Under the pieces are notes generated by a model that was given only the letters and a program-made list of their open reading frames with translations, was not told the origin of the DNA and did not search any database. The position numbers and the translations under genes were made by a program. A stretch of DNA of 64,000 nt from Hypanus sabinus (Eukaryota), in NCBI RefSeq assembly GCF_030144855.1, contig NC_082720.1:23126001-23190000 (forward strand), given 5' to 3'. Shown one piece after another: positions 51,970-64,000 of this stretch (position 1 is its first letter; each line of letters begins with the position of its first letter).

Positions 51970-54785
51970 AAAAGCAGTGTGCCCTGCTGGGATAGTAGAG
52001 TCAGGGGGATAGAGGAAGTTCTCAGTTGCAGGAATAGAGCTTCCTGAAGGCTGTGTTGACTGCCTGGTGCCTGTGTTCAGTACATCTTATCTGACCTGCA
52101 GAGGAATTAGCAGGGGGAGGGGAAAGATCCAGTTGTCATGGTCTATTTGGATAAAAAAAATGACATAGGTGTAACAATTAAAGAGGTTCTGCTCAGAGAA
52201 TTTGAACAGCTAGGGACTAAATAAAAAAGCAGAATCAGAAAATCTCTGGATTACTACCTGAGCCACGTGGAAATTGGCACAGGGTCAAGAACATTAGAGA
52301 GTTAAATATGTGGCTCAAGGATTTGTGTAGGAGAAAAGAGTTTGAATTTGTGGGAAACTGGCACCAGTATTGGGGTAATAGGGAGCTGTTCCATTGGGAC
52401 GGCTCCACCTGAACCGTGATGGAATCTGGATCCTGGTGAATCGCATAACTAGGGTTGTGAATAGGTCTTTAAACAAAATAGCAGGGGGCTGGGTCCAACA
52501 GATTGGAGAAGTATGGATAAATTAAAAGAGAAAAGTGTGGATAAAGATAAAGTAAAAGCAAAAGTTAAGAGAAAAGTAAGGGAGAAGTGCAGAAATGTCC
52601 TCTTAAATGTCCTCAATGAGTGTAATGGCACTTTACCTGAATGCTCATAATATTTGAAACAAGGTCAGTGGGCGTGTGGCACAAATCAGTATAAAGGTGT
52701 ATGATTTAGTGACCATTACAGAAACGTGGTCGCAGAGTGGAGAGGATTGCGATATCAGGTATTACAGAAGGGCCTGAGATTAGAGGTAGAGATTAGGAAT
52801 AGTAAGGGGGAAAAAATCACTGGTGGGAGTTGTCTATAGGCCTCCGAGTAATAACATTACAGTGGCACAGGCAGTGAACCGAGAAATATCTGAGGTATGT
52901 AAGAATGGAACATCAGTTATTGTGGGAACTTTAACTTGCACATAGATTGGATGAATCAAGCTGGTTGAGGCCATTTAGAGGAGGACTTTATAGAATGCAT
53001 CCATGATAGCTTTCTTGAACAGCATATTACTGAACTACAATGGAATGTACTATCTTAGATCTTGTCCTGTTCAATGAGACAGGTAAAATTAGTGCTCTTG
53101 TAGTTAGGGGTCCTCTTGGACAGTGGTCCCTAACCACTGGGCCGCAAAGTATGTGGTACCGGGCCATGAGGAAACGATACGATTTGTCGGTATGAAACAA
53201 TATGAATCAGCTGCACCTTTCCTTGTTCCCTGTCATGCCCACCGTTGAATTTGAACACACACGTGGTCATTACGCACGCGAGGTCATTGCCCACGTGAGG
53301 TCATTACGCATGTGTCATCCAGGAAGAAGATCAACTCCTCGAGCTTGCAAATGATGGTTGGCTGAAAAGTATGTTTGACAAAACATCTCTGCCAGCATTT
53401 TGGATCAAAGTCAAGGCTAAATATCCTGAGAAAGCCACGAAAGCACTGAAAACGTTGCTTCCATTTCCAACATCATATTTCTGCGAAGCAGGGTTTTCTG
53501 CAATGAATGCAACAAAAACTAAATTGCAGAATAGACTGGACATATAAGTAACCCCCTTCGATTATTGCTATCTCCCATCACCCCTCAATGGGACCATCTT
53601 GTTACAGGGAAACAAGCCCAGGGCTCTCACTGATTCAGCGATATTGGTGTGTTGTAATGATTTTATATGTTCATACAAGGAAAATATGCGCTGTGTGTTT
53701 AATATCCAAACATTACTGAAAATGTTATGATGCTATTGATTTATAAGTGAGTTATAATTGACTTATCACTATATTCATGCGAGGAAAATAGGCGCTGTGT
53801 GTTTAATATTAAATTTGTTAGATAAGCCCTTTTAGAAAGGAGATTGAGCGCATTAGCCACTTATAAGTGACTTACAGTTGACTTGTCACCTATATACCAG
53901 TCGTGACTAACACTACCACCCGCCGTCGGCCGGTCTGCAAGAATATTGTTAATGTTAAACTGGTCCACGGTGCAAACAAGTTTGGGAACCCCTGCTCTTG
54001 GAAAGAGTGATCACAGTATGATTGAGTTTCTCATTGCAAATAGTTCGATCTAAACCCAATGTATTATGCCTAAACAAGGGACACTGCAACGGGATGATGG
54101 AGGAGTTGGATATGGTCGACTGGGAACACAAGCTTGGTTGGTTGGCAGGTGTAGCAGCCTATCAAGAAGGCAAATGGCATGTTGGCCTTCATTGCAAGAG
54201 GGATTCATTTTAAGAGCAGGGACGTTAGGCTGCAACTCTATAGGATACTGGTGAGGCCACACTGGAGTACTGCGTGCATTCCTGCTCTCCTTACTTGAGG
54301 AAGGATATACTGGCTTTGGAGGTCACCAGGTTCATTCCAGAATTGAGAGGGTTAGACAATGAGGAGAGATTGAGTCACCTCAGATTGTACCCGATGGAAT
54401 TCAGAAGGTTGAACGGAGATCTCATAGATTCATATAAAACTATGAAAGGGATAATAAGATAGAGGCAGGAAAATTGTTCCCACTGGTAGATGAGACTAGA
54501 ATTATGGGACATTGCCTCAATATTTGGGGGAGTAAATTGAGGATGGAGGTGAGGAGGAACTGCTTTTCCCAAAGAGTGGTGAATCTGTGGAATTCTGTCC
54601 CCAATGAAGCAGTGGAGGCTACCTCAGTAAATATATTTAGGGCAAGGTCAGATAGATTTTAGCATAGTAGGGGAATTAAGGCTTATGGGCAAATAGCAGA
54701 TAGGTGGAGGTGAGTCCATGGCAGATTGGCCATGATCTTATTGAATGGCAGAGCAGGCTCGATGAGCCAGACGGCCGATTCCTGG
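51970..54785 (+). mobile_element. Older, internally deleted CR1 LINE
   Basis: ORF1-end and endonuclease remnants at 52000-53120, a jump to the RT C-terminus at ~54130, and a CR1 tail at ~54780. Confidence 0.8.
53121..53994 (+). mobile_element. Non-autonomous hAT (Charlie/Buster-like) element with a perfect 8-bp TSD
   Basis: TSD ctcttgga at 53113-53120 and 53995-54002. Ends cagtggtccctaacc / gtttgggaacccctg. Internal transposase C-terminus FWIKVKAKYPE..LLPFPTSYFCEAGFS. Confidence 0.93.
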
Positions 54786-55719
54786 TCCTATTTTTTATGT
54801 TCTTATGGTAAGAGTACTTTGTCTTCAGCTAAAGATAAGGAGTTACATTGTCCAGCTTAGGAATTTTGTGTCAGCTAATCAGGAGTGTGATGGCATGAAA
54901 CATTCTTGAGAACTGGGCAGGAAGAGTTTTCTGAAGGACAGCGGTCTGATTTGGGGTCCTTTGGCGGGTGGTGCAGAGAGATGAGCAGCAGGAAAGCTGC
55001 TTCGAGGATCCCATCCGAAGGGGGGGACTCTATTGCAAGGAGTTCTTCATGAGGTGGAGGATTCCAAGAAGGGAAGTTCGACCTGTGGTTGGTGAGGAGA
55101 ACTGAGGGCTGTGAGTAAAGCTAATCCCAGCTGCTACAGAAATAAGCTCCAACATTTATGTGCATATTTAGAGTTGTTTAACTATAATGGGCCTTTTTAA
55201 AATCTTTTTTTCTTTCTCTGTTAACTGTTTGATAAATAGAAAAATGGTAGTTATGCTTTTTTATTGTTTCATGTTGGTGTACGATCTGTCATTCTGGACT
55301 ATTGGTAAATATGTAGCATTCACTCGAATAGAGGTTTCTTTAGTTGGAACATCCTGATGTTCCTATTTGTTTGAACCCAAAATCATACCGACCCTAGGTG
55401 TGTATTGCTTATGAAAGGTTGCCTTACCACCTCTGAGTCACATGGTCATTAGCAGAGTCAGCTAGTGAGCCAAGTTGGTGTATGAGCTGTGGTGAGAGGG
55501 TTAATCAGGCAGCCGTTCATTTGGGACATCTCTTCAAAAACAAAATCAAAATCTAGAAAATAGCTAGGATTCCCTTCATTTATTTACTATGCTGCTTAAT
55601 TAGAACAAAAGACTACTGCCAGGCAGTTTCTGACTAGGATCTGACATGTATGTGGCCATTAGGCATTACACCCTGCTGAGACTGATCAGTTTTAAATAGC
55701 ATCAGTGGCGTGTGCTAGC

Positions 55720-56090
55720 GTTCAAACAACAGTAGTTTTCGTCACTGATAGTTGGCGAGAAATAAGCAGTAAGGCAATTTGGAACTGTTCTGCCCATTGC
55801 GATTTCAAGCATTCCGGCATGGAGATGCCAGAAAAAGTTGGGAGTGAAAATGGAATGATTTCACTTCTTCAACAAGTTAGGAATTACAAAGATAATGACA
55901 GTCACCTTGAGTGTTATAATGAAGTGAAGATTTGGTGTATTCAATTGTCTAAAGCATTGCAGGATGACAATCCATTATTTGCACAAGGAGTTTGCACTGA
56001 TTTTGTTTGTTTACAGACAATTAAAAGAACAAATTATTAGGAATTAATACACAGTTTATGGTACTGTCGAGGTACTGGTAGTGTCTTAAC
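55720..56090 (+). mobile_element. Tigger/pogo-like fragment
   Basis: Similar to 19810-20170. Confidence 0.45.
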
Positions 56091-56129
56091 ATGTCTCTTG
56101 TTTTATTTAAATATATAAATTGGTGGGGA

Positions 56130-59100
56130 CTTGCGCTGAGGCAAGAGGCAAGGTGGCTGCACAACACTGAGCACTGACGTATAACCCTCCATTTTCACAT
56201 TCTTTAGGGCTCATAGACAGTCTTAATTCAAGTTTGAGTTGGAGAAAGATCTAATTAAAGACATGACCTCAAAAAAGATCCAAATTCAACCAAGAAACAA
56301 GATACCAGCAGGCAACACCAAGCTAGCGATTCATCTGCGGAAATAGCTATGCTAATTAAGCCAACAATGGCAACAGAGATGGAATCACTGCAAGAAACGG
56401 TAACCCACTTGCTAAAGGAGTTGCTGGCAAAGGCTCTCGACCCCATACAGAAGCATATGGCAGAGAATGGCAATATTCTCCGGTCATTAAAGGAGCAAGC
56501 AGATATTTGTGCTAAAAAAATTTAGCACAGTCTTCAACAAAATAGACAACATTCAGGTTAGCTTATGCAAGAATGAGAAAGGGACTAGCTCCTGTCTCAC
56601 AGAGGTGACTAAGACACGGAAGAAGTTAAACAACTTGGAGGACAGATCCAGGAGAAACAATGTACGGCTGGTCAACTTACCGACAAGCACTGAGGGCGAC
56701 GATCCGAGAGGCTACCTCCGGGAGATGCTGCCTAATTGGATTCCAGCGCTCAAGAACTCCCACAGCACTCCATTGGAGGTCAATAGAGCACATAGCATCT
56801 TTTCCAACAACACCGCAAGACTGCAGAGCATGGTCTTTAGGCTTCGATGGTACACCGACCGGCAGGCTATCCTGGAGGGCGCGAGGAAAGCCAAACCTAC
56901 TCTCCCTGACGGCGCCCAGCTGCAGTTCTTCGGTAACTACAGCCCCAGCACGATACAGGAATGATGGGCATACAAGGAGATCCGCACTAAGCTTTGACAG
57001 AAGGGGATCGAATTGTTCCTCATAAACCCGGCGATTTTGAGAGTGAATATCAAGGGCATGAAGATGTCGTTTAACTCGGCAGAGGAAGCGAAAGAAGCCC
57101 TGAAATCATCAGTGCTGGGAGATATGGAAGAAGACCCTGGGCAAAGTCCACACAGCCCTCAGGAGGAGATGGAACTGCATTAAGAGCTCTGACCAGCCTG
57201 TATGTGCAATTTAACAAGCACGGGTAAGTTAGCATCCTAAGTGTAAAGTTTTCTGGTTATTCTTTTATTGGAAAGTCATTCGATGCACTTTTGTATTTAG
57301 TTAATTAAGGGGCCAGTTAGTTTCTGAGTATTGCAGGTCAGAGTTTTAAGATAATGGCTCAGTTAACTTGTTAGTACAAGGATAACTTGGTAATGTGATA
57401 TAAAGTCTGTCTAGAATATACTTCTTAACTTTTACTTTCTGAGGTGATATCAACACACCCAAATGTCCAACTTCATCAAGAATGAAGCTGAAAACAGCAG
57501 TGTGTTCTGAATAACTTTAGTTGTACGTGTTCATTTTGGATTATATCTCCAGTAGACTTGTTTACGTTCCTGGGTGCGAGATAAGACGTCACTGGCGTCA
57601 TCGCTAAGCGATGGTCTATTAAAGCAAGTCTTCTGCAAGAGGGCTGTTGAGGTCTTGATTATGTGTTATACTATATTTGAGACGGGAATGGTTTTAATTA
57701 TATGGGTTAATGGGTTTGACCAGGTTTTTTTTCTCGTCTCTTTGATATGATTGTTTATGGGAACTGCTTTTGCTTTTCTAATTTGTTGGTGCTGGGGGGC
57801 GGTGCGGTTAATGTTCAGTGTCTGACATTGCTAAGTGACTCTCACAGATGTTACAAAGTAAAGGGTTGAATGGGAGGGGTGGTGGGAAGGTGGGTGGGAA
57901 GGGGGTAACTCAGCGCTTCACCACCAACTTAGAACATCAGATCCGGGGAAGATGAACAACACAGATAAATTAGAAAATCTTACTAATATATCATTTACTG
58001 TTAGAGGATTAAACTCTCCCTACAAGCAATCAAAGGTTTTAAATTTCTTACGCAGAAAGAAAATAGATATCGCGCTGTTTCAGGAAACACATCTTAAACC
58101 TAATGACATTCCCAGGGTTCAAAACTGCTTTTATAAACCCGTTGTGGCATCAGCTGATGGTACTCATACGAAAGGAGTTATGATATTAATGAGATGTAGT
58201 ATTAATGTATCAATTGAAAGGACTGGCTCCGACAATGAAGGACGTCTAGCTTTTTGCTGCACATCCATTCAGGGTAAAAAAGTTGCATTCATTAGCCTAT
58301 ATGCCCCAACAGTATTCGAGGCTGAAATTTTTTCCCTCAATTACCTCACAATTACAGAAGTTAAGTGACTACTAACTCTATGTTGGTTTGGACATGAATG
58401 CTTTGGTAAACAATAACGTTGATAAATCTTCCTCAACTATATCAAGCTCTCAAGAATCTGCTTCCAAAGCACTTAACCTCTTTCTAATGGATTTAAATTT
58501 AAGTGATGTGTGGAGGGTGCATAATCCATTTGCTAAAGACTATACCTACTTCTCCACAAGACATAAAACTTTCTCTCGGATAGATTACATTTTTATATCC
58601 TCTGGTTTGCTGCCTTTGGTACACTCAATAGAATTTTTGCCCAGACATCTATCTGATCACAACCCAGTTATACCTACATGTAATTATGGCAAAATCAAAA
58701 ATAAGGCTACCAGATGGACGTTTAACTCCACCCTTCTTAAACAACGACAAATTTCTAACACAACTGTGAGCAAAACTGACAGAATTTATAAATTTAAATA
58801 CAAATAGTGTTACAGATGTGACAGTGATTTGGGCCTCCATCAAGGGTTTTTTTAATGAAATAACACCACATGGTTCAGTTCCCACATACAGAAAAGCTGG
58901 CTTCAAAAGATTTCCACCCTAGAAGAACAATAAGGTTTTGGAGAATGATCTCAAAAGCAGATACACCATAACAAAAGAAAATGAGCTCAAAACAAAACAA
59001 GCCAAGCAGAATTAAATGATTTATTAAGAAGCAGGGCAGAATATATGATCCATATAACCAAACATAAGTATTATGCAGAAGGCAGCAGACCGAGCCATCT

Positions 59101-61246
59101 TTTGGTACCAATGCACAAACAGGAAGCTAAAAGGTCTATACCAGTGATTGCATATGCTAAATGTGTAGTACCTTCAACAGAGGAAATAAACGAGACATTC
59201 AAGAATTATTTTAAAGAACTGTATCCAAGTGCCTCAGTTCCTTCTGAGAATGACTTCACCGATTTTTTTCTAGTGGCCCTGCATTGTCATTAGAGGACAC
59301 CAAAACTCTAGACTCTCTTATTACACTGGATGAGCTACTCAAAGCTGTCAAAGCTACAAATAGAGGCCATATGCCAGGTATAGATGGCATACATGTGGAA
59401 CTTTACATAGCACTTTGGGATATTCTTGGACCAGTATGGTTAGAAACATTAAATTATGCTTTTGGAAATGGCGCTTTCCATAGAGATCTAAACACAGCCC
59501 TGATCATAGTTATACCTAATCCCAGTAAGGACCCCTTGGAGTGTGCCAATCATTGTCCAATAACCTTGATAAATGCTGACCTCAAAATATTTTCCAAAGT
59601 CTTAGCCAGTAGACTCAAGACAGTAGTTGGGAAAATAATCAGCTGAATTCAAACAGGCTTTATCAAGGGACGTCTCACATCTGATAACATTCACTGGCTC
59701 TTACACATAATGAGTGTAAAACATAAAATCCCCCCTGCCTGCAGCCTGCTATTCCTAGACGCTGAAAAGGCATTCGATCATTTTGAATGGCCATATCTTT
59801 GGAGAGTTCTAAAAGAATTTAAGTTCGGCTATAAATTTATCAGTATGATTCAAACACTGTCTGCTAATCCCTCCCCTGGGTATGTGTGGGAGGAGGTTTC
59901 TCAGAGTTATTTGATGTAGGATGGGGCACACGACAAGGGGACCCTTTGTCTCCTTTAATTTTTACTATAGCTATTGAACCGTTTGCACAGATAATTGGAA
60001 ACTCTCCTCAGATCTCCCCTATTACAATAGGTACAACTTCACATTTGATATCACTTTACGCGGACGATACATTAGTTTGTATGGCAAATGTTCAACAAAC
60101 TCTCCCCTATGTTTTAAAAACACTGAAGCAATTTGGATTTCTTTCAGGATACAAAGCTGATCTGTCAAATTCAGCACTGATGCTGATTAATACAGATAAA
60201 AGTGAGGTGTCTCTCCCTCCCCAGACTAATGTTACAGTGAGGTCCTCTACCTGGGCTTTAAAGTTAATACTTCCCTATTTTCTGTGGCCAAAACAAATTA
60301 CTCTTTAATTTTGAAAAAAAAAAGAAGATTTAATAGATGGAGACACCTGCCAGCATCAGTCCCTGCCCGTATATCTGTCATTAATATGAATATCTTACCC
60401 CACATTATTTTTATCAGCTCAATGATCCCATTTGCGCCTCCAGCAGGATATTGGCAAAAACTGGACTCCTTACTATGATGCTATGTTTGGAATGGTAAAC
60501 GACCCAATATAAAGTGGTCATCTCTACAATTCAAAAAGTGGAATGGGGATTGTCATGTCCAAATTTTAAACTGTATCACTGGGCATTTGTATTAAAAAGT
60601 CTTAGCTGTTGAATAGGGGAGAATAAAGTTTCGTCATGGAAAAATGTAGAACAAGGGCTAATAGCACCTGTAAGGTTGAAGGACTTTCTCCTCATAGGTA
60701 TGTCTACCAAAAAATGTGATTTGTATTACGGTCCAATTTTAACCCATATGCTACAAGTGTTTAGAGCAGCAGAAAAATTTCTACAATTAAAAAGCGTATG
60801 GTGCAAATCATCTCCATTATGGAACAATAACCATTTTCTATCTGGGGGGAAACCATTCACTAGAACTTGGGAGGATAAAGGTATTACTAGTCTTCAAGAT
60901 ATTAATGGGGCAAGTACTATCCTTAGCTTTCAAGAACTGGTATCTCGATATAATATTGGTAAACACTCTCTTTTCTTCTACTTTAGAGTAAGATCAGCTT
61001 GAAAAGCCTATGGAGTTCCCTGGGCGTCAGATTTAAAGGGCCATCCCATTCTAAGTTGGATACAGAGTGCTCCAAGACAGATAGTGTCATATATCTATGA
61101 TAAATTAAGCTCTCAGAACTATATGCCTACATCAGGAATGAAAGCCTGGGATAGGGACATATCTGAATTGGGACAAGACCTAGACTGGGATGCGATTTGG
61201 GATAATGCTGTTGGTGCTTTGAAAAACCCAAATCATCGGTATATAC
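56130..61246 (+). mobile_element. Decayed L1-type LINE (5' UTR, ORF1, spacer, ORF2), 3' end cut by a hAT
   Basis: ORF1 has LEDRSRRNNVRLVNLP. ORF2 has FTVRGLNSP..DIALFQETHL, SRIDY..LSDH, PGIDG, LFLDAEKAFD, GTRQGDPLSPLIF and SLYADD. Confidence 0.95.
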
Positions 61247-62782
61247 CGGTGGTTCCCAAACTTTTCTATGCCCCACACCCCTAGGAAATGTTTGATTAAT
61301 GTTCGCACCCCCTACAAAAGCAATATCACATTTGAAGATGAAGAAGTTTAATTTCTAATTTTTGAACCACAAATTGAACCACATACAGTACCGCGGGTGA
61401 ACAAATTGAACTTAAAAAAATAAGCTTTTAAAGTGCAAAAAATGCAAATATAAATTGAGCAATTAGATTCTAATTTAGTCAGAAAAAATTGTAAACAGTA
61501 AAATCAATCCTAACTTGAACATAAAATTCAATGACTTCTTTGCTCCTGCTTCTCATTCATGATTTTGTCAAAACGTAGAACTTTCTTGCTGACTGCGATC
61601 CGCAGGTCTGCCTGTGAATTCAGACCATTCCGAGATTTTGTCTTGATTGACAAAAGAGAACTGAATCCAGATTCACACAAGTATGTTGTTGAAAATGGAA
61701 TGAGGACACGGAATGCTTTTCCACTAAATCTTGAAAACATATCCGGAGCTGCACACCAAAACTCCTCCAAAGTCTTGCTTTTAAATTGCATTTCAAGAGC
61801 TCAATTTGTCCGCAAATCAATAAGACTTTCCTTCAGCTCTTCATCATCTGACATTTTTTCCAAATTGTAGGAGTATGGATTCATGATCCGTTCTTCTGAA
61901 ATCTTCAGGTCTGCAGCAGCAAAATATCCATCAAACGATTCTGATAGCGTTTCCAAATGAGCCACAATTTCTTCATTCACAGTAGGAGTAATGGATCCAG
62001 CATCAACAACCATCTCTTCTAGTGAAGGAAAATTTGAGTGACTGCCTCTTTCCATCCTTTGACACCAAAGATGTAACTTTTCTTTGAAGGCATTAACTTT
62101 TCACAAGCGTTCAATATGTTTATCCCTTTTCCTTGAAGAGAAACACTCAGATCATTCATACAAGTGAAAATGTCAGCTAAGTAAGCCAGCATTTGGGCAA
62201 ATTCCTGTGATTCCATTGCCCCAACCAGATCACATTCACGCTCCTTCAGAAAAACTTTGATTTCTTCCCGCAGTTCAAAGAAGTGGGTTAAAGCTTGTGC
62301 TTGTGACAACCAACGGACTTCTGTGTGGAAAAACAAAACTGAATGCTCACTTCCCAGATCGTCACAAAATGATTTGAAGATGCGATGGTTCAAAGCACGC
62401 CTGCTGATCCAGTTGATGATCTTCACACAAGTATCAAGGTCCTTCTTCAAATTTGGAGGCAATGTTTTTGATGCCAAAGCATGTCGATGAAGAGAACATT
62501 GTGTAATTGCAAGTCTGGAATCTCCTTTTTCATCAATGCAGAAAAGCCAGATTTATTTCCAAGCATTGAAGGTGCCCCATCAGTGCACATAGAACCAATG
62601 ACTTTGATATCTAAATCATGTTTGGCAAAGAAGTCTTTCACCAGCTGCATCACATCCTTTGCAGTTGTGTTTGTTTTCAGATCTTTACAAAAATCTTCCT
62701 TCACAGCACGATCATTGACATACCTCAGTAATGTGATGACTTGACTACAACTGGAGACATCAGTTAACTCATGCTACTGAAT
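61247..62782 (-). mobile_element. hAT Buster/Charlie-type transposase (ZBED5/SCAND3/FAM200-like), 5'-truncated and frameshifted
   Basis: Minus-strand ORFs have CTDGAPSMLG, HTEVRWLS, LAYLADIF..N.SLQG and PFSTTYLCESGFS. Terminal sequence cggtggttcccaaac at 61247. Confidence 0.93.
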
Positions 62783-62789
62783 AGAGTTA

Positions 62790-63365
62790 TAGACAGGAGT
62801 TTCAAGATGACCTGTCTAAGCTCTTCTGAAGAATCACAAAGAAATGGGCAAGGCTGAGGACCAGAAATGCATTGGTCAACCACAGAAACTGAGTGCAAAT
62901 GAAGAGAGATCCATTAAACTGATGTTCCTTCAAAATTAGAAGAAGTCCAGTACTGCTAACTGCTTCAAACTCATAGAAACCACTGGAACTCAAGTACATC
63001 CCTCCACAGGTTGGAGAAGTCTTGTCAGAACTTGTCTTCATGGAAGAGTTGCTGCCAAATACCATTCCTCTGAAATGGCAATAAAGTCACGAGAATCACT
63101 TACGCAAAGGTCGGTTTGATGAACAACGGTAGCAGTTGCTCTGGACTGATGAGTCAAAATGTGAATTTTTGGGTTCAAGCAGGAGACAGTTTGTCTGTAG
63201 AAGAGCTGGAGAGCACGTATTGGGTGAGTGTCTGTGTGAAGCATGGCTGAGTTTCCCTGCAGATTTGTGGATGCATTTTTGTAAGTGGAGTTGGTGATCT
63301 GCTCAGCATTAAAGGAATCCTCAATGCTCAGATGTACAAGCATATTCTCATCTATCACACAATAA
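62790..63365 (+). mobile_element. Tc1/mariner transposase remnant (start of copy C)
   Basis: ctctggactgatgagtcaaaatgtgaa (LWTDESK) and similarity to 1-570 and 20580-21130. Confidence 0.85.
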
Positions 63366-63479
63366 GGTGCAAAAAGAGAGTGAAAACATGCCGTATTTTC
63401 CAAATATTCAGATGATACAGAAGTTAGATGAATTGTGAATCTTGGAGTATATTTGGATATGTGATGTATTCTGTCAGTA

Positions 63480-63960
63480 AAGCTTTGATATCAATATTCT
63501 AAGTAAAATTATTTTTGAAGTATGTATATATTCCCATATACAATCCTGAGATTTATTTTCCTGCGAGCATACAAATACAAGAAGCACCTTAGAATCAATG
63601 AAGGACCACCCTGAGTAGAACAGACAACGACCAGTGTGTAAGAGGCAACAACCTATACAAATACTAAACAAGAAAAAAATGAAAATAATAAAAAAACAAA
63701 TAAGCAATAAATATTGTGAAAATGAGTTGTCCTTGAAAATTAGTCCATTGTTATTGGGAACAGTTCAGTGATGGAGCAAGTGGAATTGAGTGGAGTTACC
63801 CCTGCTGGTTCAAGAGCCTAATGGTTGTGGGTATTAACTGTTTCTGAAACATAGTGGTGTAGGTTACAAAGTTCCTGTAGTTCCTTCCTGACAGCAGCAA
63901 TGAGAGGAGAACATGACCTGGATGATGGTGGTCTTGATGGACTAGAATATGAAAGTGAGG
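63480..63960 (-). mobile_element. L2 3' end (copy C of 5915-6400)
   Basis: ORF 63796-63987(-) has HHHPGHVLLSLLLSGRNYRN. Same junction to CR1 (tgtaatgctgagg) as at ~6400. Confidence 0.85.
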
Positions 63961-64000
63961 ATGTAATGCTGAGGCTTTATAAGGCAATGGTGAGCCCTCA

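Larger units (their letters stand above)
44770..55505 (+). mobile_element. Decayed Gypsy/Ty3 LTR retrotransposon carrying nested insertions
   Basis: LTR-like pair (44770-45090 vs 55190-55505) and a degenerate tRNA-Pro PBS tggggtgctcatcttggat at 45097. gag-like region; RNase H (YLYGAKIEVRTD..RWLVALSAYD); integrase region ~47200-47800; PGDRVLIRNL..PYVV C-terminus. Confidence 0.85.

Noticed and set aside
53121-62782. Domesticated ZBED5/SCAND3/FAM200-like host gene
   Set aside because: Both hAT pieces are frameshifted or truncated and retain transposon termini (one with a TSD), so they are TE relics.
1-64000. CRISPR arrays, prokaryotic defence operons or an endogenous non-retroviral virus
   Set aside because: No regularly spaced repeat-spacer array, no operon-like ORF density and no viral hallmark proteins. 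The RT and transposase ORFs match common vertebrate TE clades.

Overview
Eukaryotic, repeat-dominated genomic DNA. The CR1/L2/L1/Gypsy/Tc1/hAT/SINE content is most consistent with a cartilaginous fish such as a ray (inference). Most listed ORFs are decayed transposon fragments or their antisense shadows. One host gene is clear: a TIM-family (HAVCR1/TIMD4-like) receptor on the + strand, with a signal-peptide exon at 14814-14865 and an intact six-cysteine IgV exon carrying the WFND motif at 15374-15721, both in a CpG-rich island. The window is built from diverged tandem copies of one block: copy A (~1-19560), copy B (~20500-44335) and a heavily deleted copy C starting at ~62790. Copy B lacks the promoter, leader and IgV exons but keeps homologues of two candidate 14-28 nt stalk micro-exons. 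These candidates splice into a stop-free chain after the IgV exon. No transmembrane or cytoplasmic exon was recognised. Between B and C lie a Gypsy element with nested CR1 and hAT insertions, an L1 and a Buster-type hAT. Repeat boundaries were set by eye and are approximate unless target-site duplications (TSDs) are quoted. No prokaryotic-type system (CRISPR, operon) is present.
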